A stretch of DNA of 32,111 nt, from contig JBEWZL010000224.1 in the NCBI GenBank assembly GCA_045837725.1, positions 1 through 32,111 of the forward strand, read 5' to 3'. The notes under the pieces are model-generated. The model was not told the DNA's origin, made no database searches, and worked only from the letters and a program-made list of their open reading frames with translations. Made by a program: the position numbers and the translations under genes. This document shows positions 1 through 15,550 of this stretch, one piece after another (position 1 is the stretch's first letter; the number at the start of each line of letters is the position of its first letter). This stretch comes from Vermamoeba vermiformis (Eukaryota).

Positions 1-3000
1 TATTATTAATACATAATTACTTACGGAATATTTCGATGCGTCCAACGCATCCGATCTGGCCAACAAGTTGCCGACCCCGTCGGTGAGCAGTAGTGATCGT
101 CCCTGCAGCGGGACACGAACGAAAAGCACGAGCATATACTGAAACGACCATTGGTGGTCGGGATCTCGCGGTACGAAAGTCAAGAAAACTTTCGATCGTG
201 CTTGTATTTTTCCAATCACTCCTGTAATAAAAAATTAATATTATAGCAATGCGTAACGTTCAATTAAATGATATTTTACTAAAAATTCGGATAAAATTCG
301 ACCACTAAGCTCTAATCCGGATCTTTAATTTTTAAATTGAAAAATCAATAATTGAATTAACGATTTCTATGTATTATAAATGGTGGAAGGATATAGGAAA
401 ATTATTACCTTTTAAGATCTCGGTCGCTGCTCCGAGATTTAGGCGCGAGAAATTGCTGAGTCGAAAGCCGCGCTACAACGACGCTGAATATCGTTGTGCG
501 CGTGTTGACTGTCAATAATATATCTAATTAATACAATAATTCGACCCTTGTGATCGAACTATTGTAAATCCAAAATCGCATCGCTGATCGTCAAAAATAA
601 CTCGCGCTGAGACGGCTCTGGTACCGCGGCGCGTAACTGTCTGTTGTTAATAATCAATAAAAAATAAATAATTCGACCCTTGTGGTCGATCTCTCGTTGA
701 ACTATTTTTAGTGACAAGTTCGTATCCGCTAACGGACTTGTCAGTGCGGAGTTAATGACTCCAAACTAGAATAAAAATGATTAATAATACTACTAACATT
801 ATTTCATGGGTTAATTTGCGAGAATTTCGATGATCTCGCGGTTTTGAATCCGATGCGAAATCGGAATCCGAATCAGAATAGTGATAAAAAATAACATAAT
901 CGTTTCTAAATAATGCTTACGTGTTATAATCGCCATATTTACTGCCAACTTCTTCAGATCTGACCGTTTTGATTGGTCAGATCTACGCGACGTTATTTCG
1001 CCGTCGCGATTTTTTCTGGCAACAGTACGCGTTAGTACTTGCCAGGAACTATCGTTTTTAATTAAAATAAACCAAAACAAACACGTATTAAAAAACTTTT
1101 TGATCCGGCGTTCTGATCCCCGCCAGAATTCCGTTTTAGGACTTACCTCGCCGCGCTATCTCGAATGATAAATACCATGTTAAAGACCATTGTTTGGGCT
1201 ATCTGTTCGCACCTAACAATCAATAAAATAACTTGTTTACGGTCTAATTCTATTACAATTTAAAGTTGCTCGTGTGAGATCAAATAGCTATTTTCCACGC
1301 GTTCGATCTGAATTTAAGCCGTAAAAATCGCTGACGTGCTCTTATCTGAAGTAAAAACGACATCAGTAAGTAATAATACAAGTATTTAACGCGTTCTACT
1401 TACTTTTAGCGCAATCACTGCGCTCTGTCAACCTCTTATTGGATCTAGATCCGCGAGCAGTGCTCTCGTACGTGTAAGTCCTAAACTAAGTATTAGCACT
1501 ACTATTAGTTTGTATTTGTTATTTTAAACGCATTGAACTTACCGTTGGCGCGATGCGCTTAATCAAAAGTTGAATCCGCTGCTGGTTCGCGGATATATCG
1601 TACTCGTTACTTTTCCTCAAGGGTTGTATCAACCCTTCCTGATTTAATAAGGGTTAGTAAATATCATTATAAATGCGTTTGCGTACTTTGCGGTCGAAAT
1701 AAACAGCCAAGCAGAACGTGAGTCGCGACATCCACGTCGAGTTCAACGAGGTTACCATTTCTACTAAGACAAACGTTAATTTAATTATACTTGATGTCTT
1801 TTTTTTTATTTACGTACCTTTGATGCGTTAGAGACTGCGACCAATAACATTGGAACGGATCGAGCAACGCACTTCTCAATCGCGTTACTCGGGCTCGCGA
1901 AGTGGACCATTTGGATCCGCAGTCGTTAGCTGTATGAATGAAAGGTTTTAGACTACAACAAAATAACAATGTTAAATTACTTACCGCGGACATCAGTTTG
2001 GCAGTCCGTTGATCGACCGTTCGATCCATCGTTACATAAAATGACTGGATCGTTGCGCTTCGTGATCTTAACCATCGCGTCAGTCCCTATCATGAGGGGT
2101 TAAAGCTATAACAATATTATCAATTAGTAATCATACACAATATCTATCTCTGTATTAACTTACGACGCGGACAACAGTTTCCAAACCAATACCGATCTCA
2201 CGCAACTTCGCATTCGGATCTTGAAGAATCCACACAGGTTACTAAATATAATATTATTAACAACGTAAATATGAAAATAAACAGAAATAGTACTTACGTG
2301 TTCGCGGTTCTAATAATGGCTGCGATCAGTGCCGACATGTTACCATTGATACTGACGCGTTCAAACAACCAAAAGAAGACTGTGTACGAGCAACAACGTT
2401 GTAGACAATATTAAACGACCGTTGGTGGTCGAGATCTAGCGAATCGAAAGATTACAACTCGATCCTGAACATATTTGAAAATTGAAATAATAAATTTACA
2501 TTATAGTAATAATATATAAGGTGGGAGTGTTGGAAAAATAATATTATTACCTTGATTTATCTCGGTCTCTGCACCGAGATTCGCGCAAGCTTGATCTCGC
2601 GCTTTGTCTTGCGCTAGAACGACGCTTGTTGTCGTTTGGCGCGTGCTTAATATTGATAATAATAAAAATAATGACAATATCTCGACCATTGTGGTTGATC
2701 TGATGCGAAGCTGAATATCGCATCAACTTGTCATCCAAATAACTCGCGCTGAACGGCCGTTGCGACCGTGGCGCGTCACTTCCTGCTGTTAATAACTCTG
2801 CAATAATAAATATATCGACCCTTGTGGTCGATTTGTCGAATTACTGATGCGAAATAACCCGTGCGAACATTTCGCATCAGCTCTGCTCCGCTGATCCTCC
2901 AAATAGCTCGCGCTGGAACGGCTCTGATGCCGCGGCACGTTACTGTATATGCTGTAATAACAATAAATAAATAAATCGACCCTTGTGGTCGATCTGTCAA

Positions 3001-3050
3001 AGTTTTTACACCTGACAATCGAGCGTGTAACGGTCACTTCCTATTCGGGC
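1..3050 (-). other. Non-coding, exon/intron-like repetitive region (possible spliced lncRNA or decayed mobile element interior)
   Basis: GC-richer blocks alternate with AT-rich blocks bounded by minus-strand GTAAG donors (CTTAC on + at ~20, 1142, 1400, 1538, 1980, 2159, 2293) and AG acceptors. The one exon tested (2298-2464) has stops in all 3 frames. Segments at ~140-200 and ~400-700 resemble ~2410-3000. Confidence 0.4.
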
Positions 3051-3196
3051 ACACAATTTTTTAAACCGACCTGCGTCGACAGTGAAAACCGACGTGAGTC
3101 GAACAGCACGTGCTGCCGAAAAATTATCCACCCAACAAATTTATGCAAGCAACACGTAACTATCAACCAACACGATCACCACAACCACAATGGTCG
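541..3196. repeat. Dispersed 17-bp hairpin motif TCGACC-CTTGT-GGTCGA and associated modules
   Basis: Copies or variants at 541, 673, 2682, 2815 and 2976, looser variants at 145 and 2416, and an inverted copy at 3182-3196. The module ATA(A/G)CTCGCGCTG...CCG(C/T)GGC(G/A)CGT starts at ~597, ~2739 and ~2903. Confidence 0.85.
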
Positions 3197-3721
3197 TGTA
3201 ATCAATTTTATTTTAATTTTCTTGTGCTTATCGTTGCGTTGAACTCAACGCAGGCCAAGTTTACCGGACGATCGGCTGTCTGTTGCACTAACTTGTGCTC
3301 GTACAGTGCGTAGAGCACTGAGGTGAGTTTAGTTAATTAATACCTCAGGAGAATTAAAATTAATATTAATTTCGGTAGGTTTTTCGGCTGATCGGTTATG
3401 CAACTCGAGCTCACTGCTGCGTATGGACTGGTGCATTCGTGCCTCAATTCAAAGAGGCATGGTTTTAGGATGTAGCTCACGAGCAGGCAGCGTTTTTATG
3501 GTGCTAGCCAACAAGTATGCTGCGTTTGGTAAGTAAAATAATTTAAATCCGTAATTTTCGATGCGCGGGATCTAATTTTTATTGTTTAAATAGTGCTGCT
3601 GGCCTCCTTATTTACTCCCAGCGTTCTATGATATTAAATTGGACTGCCCACTAGTGGCAACCTGATGAGGTAAGTCAGGTTAGGTTGTCTTAATGATCTA
3701 ACGAATCTCATCCAGGATTTT

Positions 3722-3856
3722 CCGTGTGCTCCCTCTCCCTGTCCCCATGACCAGGAGCGCGCTTTCTTGCCTATGACCAGCTGCTCGTGCTCTCCCTCTG
3801 TGGCTGGTCATGCTCCCTCTCTTGCCTGGTCGTGTTCTCCCTCCGTGACCAGCTGG
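3722..3856. repeat. Degenerate pyrimidine-rich short repeats
   Basis: Recurring TGACCAG, CTCCCTC and TCTTGCCT motifs. Confidence 0.5.
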
Positions 3857-3949
3857 ACACACAGCAGTCGCATGCGCTGCAAGCCATGCCGAATTGGCAT
3901 GCTATTTGTAATAAATAACATATCATACATTTCTGTCCCTTTGTTTGCC

Positions 3950-4295
3950 GGACTACACCCTTGTTCTGCAGAAAGGCGTAGTTTTGAGGACTACGCCCCC
4001 GTTCTGTTTCGCAAGGGCGTAGTTTCAAGGACTACACCCCCGTTCTGTTTCACAAGGGCGTAGTTTCAAGGACTACACCCCCCTTCTGTTTCGCAAGGGC
4101 GTAGTTTCAAGGACTACGCCCCCGTTCTGTTTCGCAAGGGCGTAGTTTCGAGGACTACGCCCCCGTTCTGTTTCGCAAGGGCGTAGTTTCAAGGACTACA
4201 CCCCCGTTCTGTTTCGCAAGGGCGTAGTTTCGAGGACTACGCCCCCATTCTATTTCGCAAGGGCGTAGTTTTGAGGACTACACCCCTGTTCTGCA
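3950..4295. repeat. 41-bp tandem minisatellite with an internal inverted repeat
   Basis: Unit GGACTACRCCCCCGTTCTGTTTCGCAAGGGCGTAGTTTCRA starts at 3988, 4029, 4070, 4111, 4152, 4193 and 4234. A degenerate unit starts at 3950 and a partial one at 4275. ACTACGCCC/GGGCGTAGT forms a 9-bp stem. Confidence 0.97.
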
Positions 4296-4697
4296 ATGGT
4301 ACGGTGTTCTTTGCCCTTCAGAACGCGAAACCCTAAACTGTAGTAACCTAATAACTACTATAATAGCAGATTTCATCTTAAAAATGGGCTCACACGTGGA
4401 GGGGCTTTATGTCCACAAACAAAAATATCTAACAAAAAATAAAAGGATAGAAATCATCTTGTCAAATAAACAAGTTTTGTCCAGATTGCTAATTTCAATG
4501 TTGAAGCTGTCTATGTTGGAGGTTGTTAACTTGACCTCTCTCAAGCTCATCGTGTTGTAACACCAAGTGATCACATTGTTTTGGTACTCCCCTCTGTTTT
4601 CACTCAGCTTGTCACAAATTTACAAGAGTTATGGTACCTGAACTACAGATTATTCAATTCTCCCAACATTCAAAGTCAAGCAATTTGTTTATTGAAT

Positions 4698-10167
<5,470 letters not shown>

Positions 10168-10345
10168 CGTTGTGAGCTCGCTCAAAGTTGAAATGGAAAT
10201 TTTTTTTTGTTTCGCCGTGAAAAAGCCGAAATTTATTGAGCTCAATTTATTGTTGTGAGCGACACACGAAGATATTTACTTTTCATCAAATAACAAAGTT
10301 CGAACAGATTGGATGTTGCTAAATCCATAAATACCTCGCCCGAGT

Positions 10346-13300
10346 ATGGAATATGATGATGACTTCGATGAGACCACTACGATAAATTTGTTGGTCACAT
10401 GGGAGCAAAAATTAGGTACGTAGATATCGTGGTATCAATTTTGAATAGCCTCGCGACTTTCAAAAATTTTGCAATTTAAATTTTGATACCCAAAATTCGT
10501 ACTAAAATTAACTATTACTGCTAGGCTATTTGCACGATTTTTGGCCCTATTTATTGATAAATATTCGTGACCGCGTGGAAAAAGAATATTTTATTCAGCA
10601 TCCTAAATTTTACATGTCCTATTTCCCTCAATTTTACAAGCACGATGCCTTAATAATATCAGATCAAGAGTTTGTCGAAGGTAAGCTCTTTTTTTCACTT
10701 TTCCAGCAAAATAGCAATTTTGTACGCGTTTTTTCCTCTCGGGCCGCTCATCCCGTTTCTTAAGGCTCACTAAATTTAATTAATTGCAAATAACGGCATT
10801 CAATTAATTGTAAATTGGCCCCAAATAAGCTAATTCTTACTATTTAAGGCATGACAATAGCGCTGGAAGAGCACATTAGTTTTGAAAAAGGCGAAGAGCT
10901 GTGCAAGACTTTAGGCACTTATTTCATATACAAATACCTAGGACTGTATAAACTATTCGAAGGTATGCTATATAATACCGTATTCTCGAAAATAGGACCG
11001 TCAGATCAGCAGATCTAATTTCATGAAATTAACAGAGAAGCTTAGCCAAATATCGGACAATTTTGAAGAGATTGAAGGACTGGACGAGAAAACTTCGCGC
11101 TCATTGGTCAATGCGGCCAGTCAACAGCTCTACAACGAGAGCGTGACCTTCATCTTCGTGATTTTAATGTCCGTCAAATTGCACCGCTCTGTGCTGCGCG
11201 AGCTGTTGAACACAGCCATGAATCAAATGAAATCTCGCTTGCAGAACAACGATCTCAAGGACAAGATTAAAAAGGTATATACGAGCACGCACTAGCTCGC
11301 GTTACTCGTCTGACATTGGGTTGCAGGTGAGCTTGAGCATCGAATCAATATCCAACCGAGGCGATTCAGACGAGTACAACGCACCGCCCAAGTCGAGCGT
11401 GTTGACGATGAGGAAATCTCCGGCAAAGAAGATGAAACATCACGCACGAGGCCAGAGTGTTATTTTGCCACGACATCAGACTGACTACCCAAAGGTACGT
11501 CCATGATCGATTGTCTTACAATTATGATGCTCATTAACCCGCCTTTCGTCAGTACATTAAAGTGCAAGAGAAAGAAGGCTACTTGGAGAAACAAAGTCAC
11601 GACGTGCTCGTCTCGTCGCACAATCGCAAGCCCTGGAAGAAGCGGTGGATCGTCTTGAAGGACTTGTTCATCACGTACTTTGACGACGAGAACTCCACCG
11701 AAGTCAAAGGCTGTATACCGCTCTACCTCGTCTCCGGCGTCAGAACTTCACCTCAATTTGGAAAGTCCTCGTTTGAAGTCTCCACCGCATCACGTGTCTT
11801 TTGTTTCAGGGTCAGTTTTGTTGTTAACACGCGCCATTCGTTTGGTCTAACTTTCAACACAGAGCGCTGACGAGAGTGAAACACAAAACTGGCTGTTTTC
11901 AGTGCAGAGCGCCATTGCGCTAAATTTAGAATCGATCTTATGCAAGCCAATCGCATTCAAGCACAAAATCACACGCTCAAAGAAGTGGTGGCAACAAGAT
12001 TTGCGAAACTTCAAGCCGCTAGATTACCGAGACGAGATTGAAAATCTGGACGACTTAGGTGTCACCGAGCATACATTTCAGGTACGCCGCCTTTAAAACT
12101 TTAATTTTTTTGTCCAGCTCGACAAACTGGAATCTTTTCACGGTCATCAAACAATCTATTAAAATTTTTGTTCTTGGAGACTGCGGATGGTGCTGTTCTG
12201 CATAGTTCTTTGGGATCAGTAATATCTTGCCTGTTGGTACACGCACGTGATCTAACACCCAAAATAGGAAATCAAGAGCAGCCCATTGAGGTTCGTGTCA
12301 GTGACGAGGTGTCAAGGCCTATCAGATCACATGGAAGACGAGTTCACGGTGGTGACTGACACGAAGAACATTAAGAAGTCAACTAGTGAAAACTACGCTT
12401 TCTTTGGCGTGTTCGACGGTAACTACAACCACTCTATCAACAATATAAACGTAAGTTAACTGTTACTAGGTCACGGTGGAAATGAATGCTCGAAGTTTGC
12501 TAAAGAGCACTTGCTGAAGAACATTTTGAACTCGAAATATGTAAATAAGGACATTTTGAAGGCAATCGACGAAGGCTTCGCCCTCACAGATAAGATGTTT
12601 ATAGAAAACTATTACAACGAAGAGAAAGGCACGAGCGGATCTACTGCCTGCTGTGCATTAGTGAAAGGAAACAAGTAAGATTTTGGCGTAGTGATTCTCG
12701 ACTAACAACCTCCGCAGAGTGTATGCTATCAACGTAGGCGACAGTCGCATCATTGTCTCGAAGAAAAGCATTGCGCAGCCGTTGTCTATTGACCACAAAC
12801 CCTCACGACCTGATGAAAGGCAACGAATTCAGGTATGTGCTGAACAATATCGATGTAACCAATCGATTTAACTAACACTGCATAGACTGCTGGCGGATTC
12901 ATCACTGAGAATAAGGAAATCAACTTGCTGAACTTGTACAAACTAAATCCACATCTGCTCGAAGAGATTAGACTGCCCGACAGAGTAGCGCACACCGTTG
13001 GGTTTGTTAGGTAGGTATCACGCGTCTACTTTCTCGCACATACTAACCGCGGTTTAGTGTCTATCGAGTGATGGGCGAGCTCTCCGTTAGTCGCGCACTT
13101 GGTGACGCCGAGTACAAAGGCGACTTGAAGAACGATTTCTGGGACAGCAAACTGAACGCTGATTTGGTGATTTCAAAGCCCGAAGTGCAGCAGTTCAGCA
13201 TTGACGTTGACACCGAGTTCTTTGTGCTCGCATCTGACGGGCTGTGGGATGTGATGGACAATCAGCAAGTGGTTGACTTTGTGAAGGGGTGTTTGGCGCG

Positions 13301-13400
13301 AAAAGTGGAGCTCAAAACAGTGCCGCAAGAGGTCATCAAAGAGGCAATTACGCGCGGCAGTCAAGATAACATCACTGTAATGATACTGTACTGTATTTAA
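10346..13400 (+). CDS. PH-domain-containing PP2C/PPM protein phosphatase, multi-exon
   Basis: PH motif KEGYLEKQ...PWKKRW...YF...KGCIPL at 11562-11810. PP2C motifs MED, FGVFDGHGG, GSTA, NVGDSR, DHKP, SRALGD, LASDGLWD and DNIT. The start (MEYDDDF) and N-terminal exons are less certain. Confidence 0.85.
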
Positions 13401-13547
13401 TAAATAACAATTGTGTACTATTCCAGGCTTATCTATATTTATATAATCTTTTATTATATCCCACAAATTCAAGTTTAGTTTTAAATAAGGTCGCGCAAAG
13501 AATATCCAAAAGGAAGGTCAAACAGAACGGCGCTCAAACTAAGCTAC

Positions 13548-15163
13548 TTAGTGCTTGGGCTTCTCGGCGGGGGGAGCAGCACCAGTAGTGGGCAAACCAA
13601 CGTACACCTTGAAGGTATCGTAGATGAACCATTGGAGGGCAGTCAAGGTACCAATCATGAAGATACGCATGCCAAGACCACGCCAGATACCAACAGGACC
13701 GAGCTCCTTGAGGATTTGACCAACAGGAGGACGAGTGGAGTACTGGTTCAACTTGGAGACGACAGAGTCGGCAGGGTGAGAGACGACAGCGCAGAAGACA
13801 CCAGCGATGTAACCAGCAGCGAAGGAGACACCGAGTTGTTCAAGCTTGGAGCACTCGCTCTGCACCGACACGTTAGTCATCCATAGAACTACGTAAGGTA
13901 TTAAAGGAGACTTACTCTGGGCTTGGGGATGACGTGAGCGTAGAGGGCTTGGACGGTTCTCTCGAAAGCCCAGAACTTCATCATAGTGTAAGGGATCTGT
14001 CTGGACCATAAAGGAACCAAACCCTTGTAGAGACCAGCAACACCTTCAGCCTTGATGATTTGACTCATACCTTGTCTATGTAAGAAATGGTGGTTAGTAA
14101 CGTACTATAATAAATTATTGACGATTTGAAAAAAGCGCGTTGCGTATCATATTTTTGCAAGAAATTTATCGCAGCTCGTCATAATTACCTCAAAGTGGTG
14201 GGGAAAGTGCGGTTAGCAGGGTTGGAGGTCTGAATTCTGACCTTGACGGCTTCCCAAGGGCACAAAGCAGCGTCAGCGATGAATTCAGCGCTGGCAGAGG
14301 CAGACAAGTACAACAAGTCCTTGTACTTCTTGGCGTTCTCCTCACCGGCAGCGTCAGCGTAGGTCTTCTTGAAGTACTATAGAGCGACAAACTGGTTAGA
14401 TCACGAAAATACAAAATTATTTTAAAAAATATGCAAAAAATCTAGGACATGCATATACGCTCTCGACTTAATATAAGGAACAATTATTGGGACTTACTTC
14501 GTAGAAACCGAACTTGCAGAGACCTTGAGCAGAGTAGCCGATCAAAGTAGGAGCCCAGCCGAGAACGAGACCTCGGGCACCTTCCTTGGCGAGAATTTCG
14601 CTAACGGAGGTCTTGATACCGACCTATAATACGATATTAGTAACGCCCACAAATTAAACAAATTATTTTTGAATCTGATAGATGGGATTCAACGGTTATC
14701 CGTTTGCTTGTCGTCTATAAAACTGATATAATTTTCGTGTATTTGTATGTAAGGTATCAGTGCATATTCATACAGGATATTTAATTATACCACAGCAAAA
14801 GCACGACAAAAAGATCGCGGTTCTCGCTTGTGGTGTAAATTAATACCCTGCAGGGAAATATTATTTGCATAATATGCTGACCGATAAATTATCTTTCAGA
14901 CCGCTTCGACAAAAACAATAAATAATTCGATTCATGAAGATAATTATTTGCGGCAAATCTGAATCCGTTAACAAGTTTGCAATTACATTCAAGGCTGAAA
15001 GTGTAATACGCTGTTACTACTATGTTAGTACACTTACTTGCTTACGGCACTTGATGATATCGAGGGTGACGACACCAGTGTGGGTAAGACCGCAAGAAAG
15101 CAAACCACCCAAGGCGCAGAGGCCGTAGAATTTGGGAGTGTACAATTCGACTTGTTGGGACAT
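13548..15163 (-). CDS. SLC25A3: Mitochondrial phosphate carrier (SLC25 family), multi-exon
   Basis: Spliced translation gives MSQQVELYTPKFYGLCALGGLLSCGLTH, GWAPTLIGYSAQGLCKFGFYE, CPWEAVKVRIQT, SHPADSVVSKLN and RIFMIGTLTALQWFIYD. Confidence 0.93.
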
Positions 15164-15249
15164 AGCTAAAGAACTTGAATCTATGGGCTCCTGTTACGGA
15201 TAAAAACAACGACTATCCTGAAAGAAAAACAAAATGGTAGCACCGCGAA

Positions 15250-15410
15250 GCGGGTAGAAATTTTAGCGAAAAAATCCATAGCTTTCGGGAGCGGGTAGCA
15301 TTCGCCAAAGATTTGACTAAATTGGTGCGGGTAGCACTAATAATAAGGCGAAGGCTAGCATTTTAGCGAATAAAGCAAAGCGTTTCTAATTTTTATTCGG
15401 ATGCGGGTAG
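15250..15410 (+). repeat. Subterminal direct repeats of the transposon left end
   Basis: GCGGGTAG at 15250, 15291, 15327 and 15403; TTTTAGCGAA at 15261 and 15361. Confidence 0.8.
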
Positions 15411-15550
15411 CTAACAGACTGTAAGCGGCTTCAAAGTACCGTCTATTATAGTTCAATAATCAGTTAAAGTTATACTTGTCTTTCTGTTTCCCGCCACTAG
15501 TGGAATTAAAAAAGATGACCGTTTTTTTTTCTTATTATTCTTTCGCCGTC

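Noticed and set aside
811-4063. Short track ORFs in the left region as protein genes
   Set aside because: No recognisable motifs; they run through repeats and AT-rich intron-like blocks.
3950-4295. CRISPR-like palindromic repeat array
   Set aside because: Units are head-to-tail with no unique spacers, there are no cas genes, and the context is eukaryotic.
4329-4338. Telomere-like AACCCTAAA
   Set aside because: A single copy is expected by chance.
14891-14941. Possible C/D snoRNA in the carrier intron (ATCTT...CTGA-AAGAT on the minus strand)
   Set aside because: No proper RTGATGA C box, and it is too short.
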